Notes: a model not told the origin generated them from the letters alone. DNA of 64,000 nt from Octopus vulgaris (GCA_951406725.2 OX597817.1:11160001-11224000); one strand, 5' to 3'; numbered from the stretch's first letter, positions 12,385 through 26,249 are shown. Program-made: numbers and translations.

Positions 12385-13246
12385 TTATATAAATATGCTT
12401 GGGTTGGTACTTTTATTTTGGAATCCTGCATTTTTGGGATATATCGGCTCTTATTAATTTGTTTTATATTTTTTGTGATATTTATTCACTGGATTCATGA
12501 TTTTTCATAGACTACGAGCTTTCCCCTTTTGCGGATAGGGTCTCCCTATTTTACCTCAGTGCATTAAACTATATACGGTGTTCTGTGTTGGGGCAATAAA
12601 ATTGATTTCTGAATTATTGCTACATGAATATTGCATGTTAAAACAGCTTTTATAGTTGCACATAAGTATTTAGATGCCATTAATGTAATGAAGACGGAAA
12701 TAATTAAGTGTGCCAGGTTTACACAGTAAATTTTCATGCGTGAAGTGTTATTTGTAAAAATTATATTTAATGTATTCTGCCCTGGATATAAAAGGATATT
12801 TGTTGTTGTTATTGTTGCCGCTGTTGTCGTTATTTCTGTTATATGTACATTTGTATTGTTCTCGTAAACTGGTTGTCTAATTTTGTTTGTGTTAGTGTTT
12901 CGGAAATCATTTACCTTTATTGAGGCTTTAGTAAGTAGGTTGCACAGAATCACGGGGAAAACTAATTCTGTTACGAATTCACATCAGTCAACCGGTATCC
13001 AAGCAGTGATCATATCGTTCTATTTTCCAGGTATGGAGTAACCCGAATAACATTGTTTAATGTAGCCTTTAAAAAAGACCTTGGGGCATTATATTATGGT
13101 TGCTATTTTTAGTGTGCCATACAAGTGATATTTGTAGTCTAATCGCTTCCTTTAACATGGTAGTTATGGTTGTTTAGCTCCAAGCGAATCTAGATAGATT
13201 AGATCTAAGACCTTCCCACGTACTTAGGGAAATGTTTAAGACTACA

Positions 13247-13640
13247 TCTGCTATATATGTGGAAATCTGTGGGTGTGTTTGTTTGTGGTATTGTTATCTA
13301 ACTCCTCCTACATCGTTTTATCGATTTTGATTAAACTTCACACGTGGGTAGAATGCATGTGTGGAAAACTAGTGATATACTTAGATTATTGAAAAAATTG
13401 ATAATAGAGCCCCTGGAATGGATTCTTATATCTACTACATATAACTAATATATTATTTTTAAATATCCAAGGGAAATAACCCATTCGCTCCCGACGGGAT
13501 CCTTATATATAGCCAAAAGAAATAACCCATTCATGTTCGTAAATTCTTTCGTATAAATCAAACTGAGTATGCTTATTTTTTAGTATTTGAACTATTTGAG
13601 TTATTTTCTCAATTTATCTAGTACAACGCTTAAACAAGTA
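13247..13640 (+). mobile_element. Degraded non-autonomous Helitron-like element
   Basis: 5' 'a|tctgctatatat'; 'ctaactcctcctaca...gattttgattaaactt' resembles the Helitrons at 56222 and 61450; no clear 3' CTAG. Confidence 0.35.
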
Positions 13641-14899
13641 AATAGTATTTTCCTAAACAATAGACCCACATATTTCGATTAGTATATTCACGAATGTACC
13701 AACACTAGCGCTGTTGAGGGTAATATTCTCTAAGAACGCACAAAAAGTTTTTGTCAGAGTTATATACTTTGCATTGCTATTATCTCATATCTAATTAGTA
13801 TGTTATCACGTAACATGCCTCACGATTTTAGTATACATACCTTATTAGCATTTCCTCCTAAGTTCTATATACTCTGGGAATGTATTAAAACCCTATTCGA
13901 GGCTACTTTATTTGAATTCTTACTATCGGATAATTAATTTCATGTTATTGCATAACTGACTTCACAATTTGGATATTCATAACTCATTGGGAATTTTTAA
14001 AAACAAGACCCTGTGTAAAACAGTTCGGTATTGTCAATACAAGCACAAAAACTGTTTTAGGGGCTACATACTTTGTATTGTTGCTACTGGATTAGCGAAA
14101 CAGTTATTTAAGACGAGTGATTGCACTTTAAAGGAAACTTGTGGCTGCTATTCCTAGCATGTTAAGTGATTACATTGAAGCATCATAATTAATTCTAGCA
14201 CTAGTTGTGTTAGTTCTGTTGATAAGACTCTTACAAATACTGACGGCGAAGCACTGTTGAAGACTTAAAACTTTCGTGGTGTGAGAATACCTACACCAGT
14301 CTACCAGACGATGTGTGTTTATCTCTCTAGTAATTCTAGTAACAGCAAAAGTAACAGATGTTTCACTTCGCCAACAATTCCTGCATATTTGTTATACAAA
14401 CATTAAAAGTACCAGTAATAGTAGTAATGAATAAAGCAATAGTAATAACAGCATCAGCACTATATTTTTGTTGACATACGTTAACCCAATTATATATGGT
14501 AAGAGAGATTATTTCATTAGATTTTACTTTGCAGCTAAGCTATAACTCGAGTACAGTTTGCTCTGGGTGTCAAAACCCAGTTTAGGGACTCTAGGTTCAG
14601 TATTATAGCATGTATGTATAAAAATAGCAACTGGTGTCCTCTAGGTTTATTGAAGCATGATATGACGGTCGAGGTTTTCGAATGTAATTTATGCTGCTTG
14701 TACTTTAGTGATGCAAATCTTCGCGTTGAGTAGTGGTCCTCGGTATCATTAGCTTTGATAGACTTAATGATGGAACAAGTTTTATGCTTCCAGCGGTTCG
14801 AGCCCGCAGGATCTCAACAGTTGACTGATCTATCACAGACAGACAGTATGATATCGTAAATGTATTGTCTTCGGGGAGAGATTTGTCTGATAACAGTAC

Positions 14900-15390
14900 T
14901 TTGAGGTATATTGGTATACTGTGCTTCTGTTTCGTTATAGGAATACAGCCGAAAAAGTCAACCACTTGATCATAAAAATCGATTTATCTCTCATCCACGT
15001 CCACAAAGTTGTCATCGAGAGTAAACGGCCGCGGAATTGATAATGTTTTAATTGAATTTAACAGTCAGTTTACCAACATTCGTTGTATATTATTCTTCTC
15101 GTCAGTCCTGTTCTAGAAAAAGATGCGAACTTTTACGAGAAACTTCGATCTTCTATCGGTGCAATGCCTGTTTATAATTTCTTCGCTATACTCAGTAATT
15201 TCAACCCCTGAATTGGATAAGAGGAATTGTTCTAGTCTTCCCTTACTTCACTGATCAGAATGGACAGTTCTTGTTTGATCTCCTCCTTAGACAGAACGTC
15301 AGCTCTTTCAAAACAAATTTCGAAGCATGCATGACGTAATTTTTGTACGTACACTGTTTATCAAACAGTGTACGTACAAAAATCACGTCA
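14900..15390 (-). mobile_element. Inverted N-terminal APE endonuclease relic of an RTE-like LINE
   Basis: Minus-strand fragments VRTL (APE domain I-like) and AVYS...DFYDQVVDFFGCIP; heavily frameshifted. Confidence 0.45.
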
Positions 15391-16900
15391 CAATTTGCTC
15401 ATGAAATAACTGGACTAAATTCCGGCGTGCAAAAAGAGTGGTAACAGCCCCATGAACACAGAAACCGACACTAGTTTCAACACAATTGGCTCCTGACGCT
15501 TGGAGCATCGAGGCAAATACGACTGAGCCTACAAAATCTCATGTCCACGACTCTCTAAGTAATTATCGACCGGAAAGTTTTCGTCTCTCAATCTGAGTTG
15601 CAAAATTAGCACTTCGTCGAAGTGAGGAACATTTTCCTGTTGTTAGCTGGTGAAAGTGCTACACCGAGAGCTCATTGAGGCAAAGAGAAGCAATGTAGTG
15701 TCTGCCGAAGGTTGTATGGGAATCAATAAAAATTGTTTCTTCTTAATACATGATGCCGTTGTTGCGCGGAATGCAGTGAAAAGTTCAGCACATGGCGTAT
15801 ACAACTGAGACAAATTTCAAGGTGTTAGATCTACTGAAAGAAGAGGACCTGATCCAGTGGATCAGCAAGTTGGAGAATGACAACAATGACAAAAAGATAA
15901 TGAAGCATTGAGTCCCGTAAATGAGAGAAGTCAAACGTAAGTCATAACAGCAAGAAGACCTGCGATGACCGGATGTAGACGTGGTTCATACACTTCAAGA
16001 AGCCTGAAATTATGAACAACGAGTGGTTATACTAAAATTTCATTGACTGCAGTATTTTCTCTGTGGCTGAGCGCACTGAGTAAGGAGCTTTCCTCGATAT
16101 AGAATTATTAAGGAATTTGAAGGAATCTTATCTAAGATGCTAAAGAATAGTGACTTAGATGACACATTATTAAACATTTTCAAGACAGCTAGCTGAAGTG
16201 GTGCTTCTTTTCGAAGATAATTCCTTTTAGAAAAATCCCGATTATGAAGGGCAATAACTACCCTAGTATCAACATTATATGTATCTCAGTAAAACCTTAT
16301 AATCAGATGATAAATCCAGCCGCTGACCTCTCGAGCTGAGATATTACCCGAACAATTTTTGTAAGGAAAGGACATCATTTGTGCAAATCTTAGCCCTTTG
16401 GAAAAGGATTAATGAAACTCGTCCAACCCTCTCTTAACTTTATTGACTTCAAAAAAGCATCGAGTGAAGGAAAATGATCAAAATCTTGAAGTTATACGGT
16501 ACCCCATTAAGTATCCTTTAAGCTGCTGAAGACACATACACTACCATCATGGCACCAGAGATTACACCACACTGTGTAACCGAAGTATTTGAATTGCAAT
16601 CGGTTCTCCTGCAAAGGACATATCGTTGCCCTTCATTTTCTCACGATTGTAGACATCTGTCCAGTAAACACTTGGAGACCATATAGGGATAAGCGTTATA
16701 ATTTCACTAAAGAAGTTGAGGAAGGTTATTACGATGACACTGACTGATTTAGACTTTGGCGGCAACATTACTTCGAGATTGGATGAAACGCCAGATTCTC
16801 AGACCCTCCTGTCAAGACCAGGACCTGAGTGCTACAACGTTTGGCGACATTTCAATGTTAGGAAGATGAGAAACGTGGTCTACTATGTAATTAACCACGG
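15391..16900 (+). mobile_element. RTE-like LINE relic (APE C-terminus plus RT)
   Basis: NSPMNTETDTSFNTIGS (just before the expected SDH motif), NNYPSI, QILAL, LTFIDFKKA, GKMIKILKLYG; many stops. Confidence 0.65.
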
Positions 16901-17215
16901 TCGTTCTACATCATTAAAAGTGTTCTGTTCAAGTGAGTTACTTACTTCATAAAAACTTTATGCTGTTATATGTCGCGTACAGCTCTAAATAGATAATCCT
17001 GCAACGGTTTGGCATCTTGTGTACGGGGAATGTTGGCCTTCCCGCCTGACCAGAGTGGTGGCATCGTTTTAAATGCATTGTTTCCGGCGGTTTATAACAA
17101 CATCCAATAGTCTGGACAGTACTGTAATTCAGTCACTTTGCTATTGAAATATGTGTGTGTGTACATGGATATGAATGCACACACATACACACATATACAC
17201 ACATACGCACGCACG

Positions 17216-17260
<45 letters not shown>

Positions 17261-17278
17261 GCACACGCACACACATAC

Positions 17279-17309
<31 letters not shown>

Positions 17310-17763
17310 TATATATATATATACATGCATAATAATTAATTGCGCGATATAGCGGTTTTGTTATCTTACCACCATGAAAATATAATGAAGTACAATTTTA
17401 TAAAATAATTAACTTAGCGAAAACTGATATAACTTTAAGCAAGGGAAACACCCTACCAGAAATGCTTGCGAAAACTTTCAATGTTGTTTTTGTAAAATGA
17501 ACCTGGAAACTTATGGCAAACATCAAGCATAGATACATCCATGAAAAACCTACATATTTCAAATAGCCCACATTTTCTTGTGGAAACTTAGGACGCCGTC
17601 TTTAACATCATAACAAAATGGAAACTGTATTGGCAAAAATGAAAGACAAAGACCTTATGTTCACCAAAAATGCTTAATGATTTTAAATGTAAATTAAATA
17701 TATGGAGGCAAACGTTTTTCTATAAATTTATTTTGATATGTTCTCTCGATTTTTATAATCTAA

Positions 17764-18160
17764 CTAGCAGTATCGCCCGGCGTTGCTCGGGTTTGTAAGG
17801 GAAATAACTATATAAGCATTTTTAGAGAGTAATAGCAAAAGAATAGCAAAAAAATGCATTAAAAATGGAAAAAAAATGATGGTAAATTTTTTTTAAATCG
17901 TTGACTCATCGTAGACATTTTTAGAGAGTTACTTCCCTTATATAATAGCGAAAAAAATGCATTAAAATGGAAAAAATGATGGTAAATTGTTTTTTAAATC
18001 GTAGACTCATCGTAGACGCGCGCTAATACCCAGAAGGGATCGATATGAATCACGACTATAAGATACCCGGTTTTGAGTAAACTGCACCGCAAAATGTGGG
18101 AGTAGTTAGGAATCTAAATCGTAGGAGACAGACACACAACTTGACTTTTATATATAAAGA
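17764..18160 (-). mobile_element. Non-autonomous Helitron
   Basis: Minus strand A|TCTTTATATATAAA...CCCGAGCAACGCCGGG hairpin, 8 nt, CTAG|T; internal ~100-bp tandem duplication; sister copy at 56222-56520. Confidence 0.9.
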
Positions 18161-18593
18161 TTTAACGAAGCTTTGGGATGTATATTTTACGAAGTCGTTT
18201 TCGAAATTTTAGCGTCTACGAATAATTTTGCTACTTGAAGAAAAGTTTATATAGGCATGCTCTAGATTTTATATCCTATATAATAATAGAATAATATAAG
18301 CATTTTAATACCTACTATAAAATACAATAAACTTATTTAAAAACTTATTTACAAAATATTTGAAATATATATATATATACCTTACCTGTTATTAGTCTGT
18401 GGTGAAAGAAGATATTTTTCATCAACGCTACACGGGTTTCGGCGCTGGTGGTGTGTTTTTCAGGCTATACCTATTACATAAATCCACCAGTGTGACCTCA
18501 GTCTATTTATCTCATTGTTATTATTACTAACGGGTCAAAGTTAAAACTACATATACTACTAATACATATTAAATAGAAAAATTAGAATATAAA

Positions 18594-18829
18594 TCTCTTT
18601 TACTCTTTTACTCTTTTACTTGTTTCAGTCATTTGACTGCGGCCATGCTGGAGCACCGCCTTTACTCGAGCAACTCGAACCCGGGACTTATTCTTTGTAA
18701 GCACAGTACTTATTCTATCGGTCTCTTTTGCCGAACCGCTAAGTGACGGGGACATAAACACACCAGCATCGGTTGTCAAGCAATGCTAGGGGGACAAACA
18801 CAGACACACAAACACGCACACACACACAT

Positions 18830-18862
<33 letters not shown>

Positions 18863-19000
18863 CGACAGGCTTCTTTCAGTTTCCGCCTACCAAATCCACT
18901 CACAAGGCATTGGTCGGCCCGAGGCTATAGCAGAAGACACTTGCCCAAGATGCCACGCAGTGGGAATGAACCCGGAACCATGTGGTTGGTAAACAAGCTA
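18594..19000 (-). mobile_element. SINE family A (head clipped by microsatellite)
   Basis: High identity to 3507-3930. Confidence 0.95.
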
Positions 19001-19040
19001 CATACATACATACATGCATACACACACACACACACACACA

Positions 19041-19134
<94 letters not shown>

Positions 19135-19664
19135 CAATACGGAGCATCAAGAGAAAAATATTTGCGAAGATATTATTAACTCTATTATCATCTAGTGTAA
19201 CAATTAAAAGTGATAATAGCAGACTCAACAATATGCGTGTTTGCAGGCCTCCAAAAGCATTAAATAGCTGAAGGGCTAAAAATAATTAAAGGACATACTA
19301 AAGATGTCCAACTGCTTGAAATAACAGTCAAGAGTCTCGTTGAAGTCGCCGAAAAAAATCACATATATGTATAGGTATATCTCTATGTACATCTATCTCT
19401 CTTTCCCTCTTTCTTTCTCTCAGTCTGTGTATGTATATATATATATATATTACTCTTTATCTTTTATTAAACTTTTAATACCTTCGATATTAAAAAAATA
19501 ATTAAATAAATAAGTAAATTTATTAATTAATTAATTAATTAATAAAATAATATATAAATATAAAAGTATTATACATATATATATATATTTGTATATATAT
19601 ATAAAATATATAAGTTTAAATTATTTAAATAATTTTTTATTTTTAACTTTTATATTTTTAAATT

Positions 19665-19864
19665 AATTTTATGTATTGGCTTATGTTTTTCACTCTTTGA
19701 TTTGCCTAATAGTGGTTTTATCTCTAATTTAATATAATATAATATAATATATTTATACTATAATTTAATATAGTATAATATAATATATTTATACTATAAA
19801 ATTGGATTTAATCCTAAATCTAACTTTTCCCTGTAAGTTTGGATTTATTCCCTAATATTATTAT

Positions 19865-19868
<4 letters not shown>
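19665..19868 (+). mobile_element. PLE-type terminal fragment, same family as 6465-6630
   Basis: Shares 'ttgatttgcctaatagtggttttatctctaatttaat...aaattggatttaatc...ccctgtaagtttggattta'. Confidence 0.6.
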
Positions 19869-20056
<188 letters not shown>

Positions 20057-20370
20057 TGAAAAACAAACATAATTTTTTTAGTAAAGAGTGAGTATGAACA
20101 TAGGTGTAACTAAGATAAATACGTTTATGTGCAGCATATAAATATCTTTTATGTAAACGTTTCATTTACTGAGCGGATGAAGATGAGAAACTTTTTTTTA
20201 AAAAGAAATATATTTCCATGGTAGTCGGTGAAAGTAGTGAACGTAAAGAATAACATTTCCGTAGAGTAAAATGAGGAAATACATATATATACATAGTTTT
20301 CAAATCATCGCATATCATGGCATATATATATGTATATGTGTGTGTGCGTGTGTGTGTGTGTATGCATATA

Positions 20371-20502
<132 letters not shown>

Positions 20503-20861
20503 TGTATGTATGTATATCTAGATAAATAACTTCAAATAGGAATTTCTGTGAAGGAATTTATCTAATGGCTTACATATGCTTAACCCTTTTGCTTTACAAA
20601 TTAACTTCTCTATTAATTCAACTTGCTTCCATGTGTAAAGTCTCTCGTCTGCATATCTAACTATATATCTCTCTATTTGTCTGTCAGTCAGTCTGTCTGT
20701 AATTCAGTCTGTCTGTGTGTCTGCGTAGTAGATAGACGAACGTGAAAGCCGGCAGTAAAATATTAGTTCATTTGAACGAGACATTTAATCACTAAGAATG
20801 CATAACACCTCAACAGGTATTCGGTACTATTACTAAGTTTTTGTGAAGAATGAACCTCAAA

Positions 20862-21167
20862 CGTTGTTGTTTGTTCCTTCTCGAGCCATACCTGGCTCAT
20901 AAGGGCCGGTTTCCCGGTTTCCTTGGCGTAAAGGTTCCTCACCTGGACGGGACGCCGGTCCGTTACAGGTGCGCTGCAAGATGCAGGAGGAAAGAGTGAG
21001 AGAAAGTTGTGGCGAAAGAGTCGGCAGAATTTCGCCATTACCTTCTACCGGAGCCGCGTGGAGCATAGGTGTTTCGCTCATAAACACATCGCCCGGTTTG
21101 AGATTCGAACGCACGATCTCTCGATCGCGAATCCGCTGCTCTAGCCACTAGACCATGTGCCTCTACT
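20862..21167 (-). mobile_element. tRNA-derived SINE group C (long head, tail type 1) with 11-bp TSD
   Basis: Head 'tggtctagtggctagagcagcggattcgcg...gttcgaatctc'; TSD tgaacctcaaa at 20851-20861 and 21168-21178. Confidence 0.9.
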
Positions 21168-21804
21168 TGAACCTCAAATATACCAGATCAAGATCATATT
21201 GAATATCTAATATAAGCTAGCTATATTTATCCTCTTAGCTATTCATATTGCTTTCAAATTTGGGCACAAGGCCTAACAATTATAGCGTAGACAAATCTCT
21301 CAGTGATGTCAATTCAAATACATTTCAGGTTTTTTTCCGCATACACGAAAAAGAATAAATAGCATTATTTTTATAGACTATTTCACAATTATTTGACCGA
21401 TCATCGGTAGACACCACTACACTGATCTTCTGTCCACCAAGAGAACGTCTTGTATTGTAAGATATACGTATTTATGCTTTATTTATTTGGAATTTAAGTC
21501 TCTTCCCTTGCAGTTTTCAAGCTACTCACTAGCAAAGTGTGCGTGTATGCACAAGTATGTGTGTGTGATTGTGTATGCATTCCATGTCTTATGTAATTAT
21601 GGGCATGTTGTTATCCCAACACTCTTAAATAAAGAATCCCTGAAATGTTTTTAATATGTTCACTGCATATTTGGAGAATTCAAATCACTTTGCTTTGTAC
21701 TCTATAGAGTACCCTAGAATTTCTTGGAAATCTGCTTTTGCACCTATATGTATGTATGTATGTACGTATGTATGTATGTATGTATGTATGTATGTATGTA
21801 TATG

Positions 21805-21848
<44 letters not shown>

Positions 21849-22127
21849 TCTCTTTCTCTCTCTGTATATATGTGTGTGTGTGCCTATTTATATATATATG
21901 TACACACACACACTTACAAAATCCATTTATTTATTCATTAGTGCTCCATGCTATATGCACGCAGTTGACCCAAGCGTGAACAGTTTCTCTAAAAGAAACC
22001 GGTATCATTACCTCCCTCTTGTCTTTGAGAAGAGTTTTCTTAACCGTTCCCATTTCTGGAGAAAAGAACGCATATGTGTGTGCGTATATGATGCGTTTAT
22101 TTATTTATTTATTTATTTATTTGATAG

Positions 22128-22158
<31 letters not shown>

Positions 22159-22526
22159 GATAGATAGATAGACAAGAAGAGAACGGTGGAGGGAAATGTA
22201 TATGTATGCACACGCATATATACATAACCTACATATCTACTTACACACATACGTAAATATATTTGAAAACGCTGTAGTTGCTGTGATGATAGAATTTTAG
22301 AATAAAAACAACCTTATTATTAAGATGTGTACCTTTAGCTTTCTAAGGTGAAAATTCGAAACCAAGCTAGAATTACACTTCATCTTTTTAGAGTTTGCGG
22401 AATAAGTTTAGCACCAGGCTAATCTTGAATGAGGAGACTATCAAATGTGTTCCAGTCATCACCATTTTGTCTTTTTGCATATCTATGTTTACATTACGAA
22501 CAGAAACCAACAGGAACCACATAAAT

Positions 22527-23126
22527 GCGGCGAGCTGGCAGAAACGTTAGCACGCCGGGTGAAATGCGTAGCCGTATTTCGTCTGGCGTTACGTTCTGAG
22601 TTCAAATTCTGCCGAGGTCGACTTTGCCTTTCATCCTTTCGGGGTCGATAAATTAAGTACCAGTTGCGCACTGGGGTCGATATAATCGACTTAATCCCTT
22701 TGTCTGTCCTTGTTTGTCCTCTCTGTCTTTAGCTCCTTGTGGGTAGTAAAGAAATAGGTATTTTGTCTGCCGTTACGTTCTGAGTTCAAATTCTGCCGAG
22801 GTCGACTTTGCCTTTCATCCTTTCGGGGTCGATAAATTAAGTACCAGTTACGCACTGGAGTCGATATAAACGACTTAATCCGTTTGTCTGTCCTTCTTTG
22901 TCCTCTCTGTGTTTAGCCCCTTGTGGGTAGTAAAGAACTAGGTATTTCGTCGGCCGTTACGTTCTGAGTTCAAATTCCGCCAAGGTCGACTTTGCCTTTC
23001 ATCGTTCCGGGGTTGATAAATTAAGTACCAATTACACACTGGGGTCGATATAAACGACTTAATCCGTTTGTCTGTTCTTGTTTGTCCTCTCTGTGTTTAA
23101 CCCCTTGTGGGCAATAAAGAAATAAG
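22527..23126 (+). mobile_element. SINE family B: one head plus three tandem 184-bp units
   Basis: Head 'gcggcgagctggcagaaacgttagc'; units restart at 22574, 22758 and 22942. Confidence 0.95.
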
Positions 23127-23139
23127 AAGCCACATTAAC

Positions 23140-23370
23140 AACATAAGGAGACATCAGACATTTTGTTGGACATCGTACAAAAGACAAAATCTTATCTTGA
23201 ACACTTTGTGGCTATAGGAAAACTGAAAGAATGAAACCAGAAAGACAAGTAGAAGATTCTTGCTAGATTTAACAGCTTGTTAAAGAAATACCGACTCAAT
23301 AATCTGTTAAAATTGGGTGGAATTGAAAACGGTGGATGTCCTTGACATAACGTAGAAGGAAGAAGGATTA
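23140..23370 (+). mobile_element. RTE-like LINE 3' end relic
   Basis: IRRHQTF..GH...LEHFVAIGKLK resembles the RTE ORF C-terminus. Confidence 0.5.
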
Positions 23371-23882
23371 TTAATTACAACTAGCCGTCAATATGGATGA
23401 GTATGGCTTGGTAATACGTACCATGCTTTCACTAATAACTTTAGATGTTTATATAATCGTGAGCAGACATAAACACTCTCTCGGTAACGACCTCTTGATC
23501 CAGTGAAACATCCAGGTTATGATAGCTGGGAGAGGAAAGGGATGTACCGTAACCCGGATGATGCTTATAACAGCTGAGCAGCTCTGGAACGAAATAATGT
23601 AAAATCTTGTTTTGTATTTGGTTTTAAAAATTCTTGATGTGTGTTGAAACATATTTTGCATTTTTCGAGCGTCATTATGCTAATAAAAAACACGCACTTT
23701 GGTTCTATTTAAATTCTTTTATTTTTATTAGTTAATTGGTTAATCATTTAACCAATGAGGTTATCGATTGCTTGATTAATCGTTCGGTCAATCAATCAGT
23801 CATTCATGTCGAAGTTCGTTTGTTGCCATTCGTGACTTCATCGATTGACATGCTTTCTCTTCTCCTAGGAATAGTTGTTATT

Positions 23883-24414
23883 TATTTCTTTTTTGCCCAC
23901 AAATGGCTAAACATAGAGGGGGACGAACAAGGACAGACAAAGGGATTAAGTCGATTACATCGACTCCAGTGTGTAACTGGTACTTATTTAATCGACCCCG
24001 AAAGGATGAAAGGCAAAGTCGACCTCAGCGGAATTTGAACTCAGAACGTAGCGGCAAATGAAATACCTATTTCTTTACTACCCACAAGTGGCTAAACACA
24101 GAGAGGACAAACAAGGACAGACAAATAGATTAAGTCGATTCCGTTAACGCTGACTTCCATTTACTCTGTTCCTATTTATATATTTATTTCTTTACTGCCC
24201 ACAAGGGGCTAAACATAGAGGGGACAAACAAAGGACAGACAAAGGGATTAGGTTGATTACATCGACCCCAGTGCGAAACTGGTACTTTATTTATCGACCC
24301 CGAAAGGATGAAAAGCAAAGTCGACCTCGGCGGAGTTTGAACTCAGGACGTAGCGGCAGACGAAATACTGTTTAGCATTTCGCCCAGCGTGCATAGGATT
24401 CTGCCAGCTCGCCG
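23883..24414 (-). mobile_element. Composite SINE family B insertion with 21-bp TSD
   Basis: TSD ctcctaggaatagttgttatt at 23862-23882 and 24415-24435. Confidence 0.9.
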
Positions 24415-24959
24415 CTCCTAGGAATAGTTGTTATTGATGAGATCCTGAATATCGACAAAAGGACTTCGACATACTTAAGCTGATTGATTGATTGACTGAA
24501 GTACTACAAAATAACAGGAGTTATTTTGTTCAGACACACAAATGAACTGATATAATTGAATCCACAATCTGATGAACATGATCAGAACACCCTGACTACT
24601 AGGCAATGGCCTTCACAAAGAAGAGTTATTTATTTCCATTTTTTAAAAAATTAAATAAAAACAAAATCAGTAGGCTTTGACTTGAGGGAGATTTCTAGGC
24701 TATTTCTAGCAAGCCAAATGTCCTCGTAGGTCTCACTCGTTGGCTCATCGGAGTTTATATTGTTGATGGTATTGATGTCGGCAGGGATGCTTAATATTGA
24801 ATAGGAAAAGGAAAGTCAGTTGGTGCAAACGTTTTAATTTCTGTTTAATTTGAAATGTATTGCAGACGTATTTGTTATTCCGTTTTGGATAGGATCCTCA
24901 AATCTCATATGAGGCGAATAGAAGGTGGGTAAGTGAGTTAGAGATAGCAAATTAAGATA

Positions 24960-25340
24960 TACACATATTACACACACACACGCACATACATACATACATA
25001 CATACATACATACATACATACATACATACATACATACATACATACATACATACACACATACATACATACATACATACGAATAAACATATATTAATTTGTA
25101 TGTATTTTTGTATATATATATATATATATATTAAATATATATTATATATATATAAATATTAATTTGTATGTATATTTGTATGTATATATATGTATCTATA
25201 TATATATGTATATATGTATGTATATATACATGCATGTATGTATGTGTGTATGTATAAATTATATGTGTATATATACATACATATACATACACACACACAT
25301 ACACGCACGCGCACACATACACACACACACACTCACACAA
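24960..25340. repeat. (TACA)n/(TA)n/(CA)n microsatellite
   Basis: Direct reading. Confidence 0.9.
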
Positions 25341-25864
25341 AGGGTTATTAAATGTTTTAAGTGAAAGGTGGCCGACCTATGGCGTATGCACTAAAAGTGG
25401 TACACCAGATAATTAGCCATGGCGCATTAGACACCCGTCTATCATTTTTAAATAAATGTTTGATGATACACCTATGTTCTGTGGCGACTGGCAACACCAG
25501 TACATTTCAACTTTTTGCCAGTCAGTTTATAGTGGAATCTTCTATGCTAGAGATTTACTTGATTCGTCCCGACTGAACATTTGTGGGTGTGTACTGCTTT
25601 GAAAATTAAATTTTATTTTGCAACGAGTGCAAAAGGAAATCAATTTAATAGGATAAAATGTAGAAATGATAAACATGAATTCGATGCATAATGTGAAAAT
25701 GTGTGCTTTTTTATGATGGTCCTCCGGGAAATCTGTTGTTTAATGTTTTGTGAAAATAGTTTCTCACAAAATAGAAGAGTGAACTATAATAGACTCTATA
25801 AAATACACCACCGTCATCTGGTAGTAGACTGGAAGCATTTCCTATTTAGTTGGTCGAGAAATGA

Positions 25865-26230
25865 AGACAGTGGTGATGAAGGACGCGAGTAAGGAATACG
25901 ATTGAATATTTCAGGCCTGTAACTCTGTTAAACAGAGAATTAAAGAGTTTGGCAAAGGTGATCGCCAAGAGGTTGTTGCTTGCCAACCTCTTTTATTGCA
26001 GATAGGAAGGCGCAAACATGTGCCACCTTCTGATAGATATATCAATGACAACCTCCACTTCATGCGATACAGTGTAGAGCAGGTCGGCAATAGATCTGGA
26101 TTGATGGACCAGTTTCAGTTCCGTGTTCAGAAGTACTCTCGTACTTTATGGAGGGCTTTTGGAAGGCAAAAGCCTGGAAATAGCCTTCGGCGTCGATGAG
26201 TTGGGAATTTTGGACAACCTCCAAAAGACA
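25865..26230 (+). mobile_element. L1/Tx1-clade LINE RT relic
   Basis: IEYFRPVTLLNRELKSLAKVIAKRL...QTCA...RYINDNLHFMRY. Confidence 0.75.
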
Positions 26231-26249
26231 TTAGCATGGTCGTGATACA

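Noticed and set aside
12564-12953. 129-aa non-repetitive ORF
   Set aside because: Non-ATG start, no motif, composition typical of AT-rich non-coding DNA.
17400-17620. Possible mariner transposase N-terminus (also ~25660-25760)
   Set aside because: Only faint resemblance across frameshifts; no TIR or catalytic motif seen.
22527-23126. Regular repeats resembling a CRISPR array (also 39219-39566)
   Set aside because: The units are contiguous with no unique spacers, derive from SINEs, and there are no cas genes; the context is eukaryotic.
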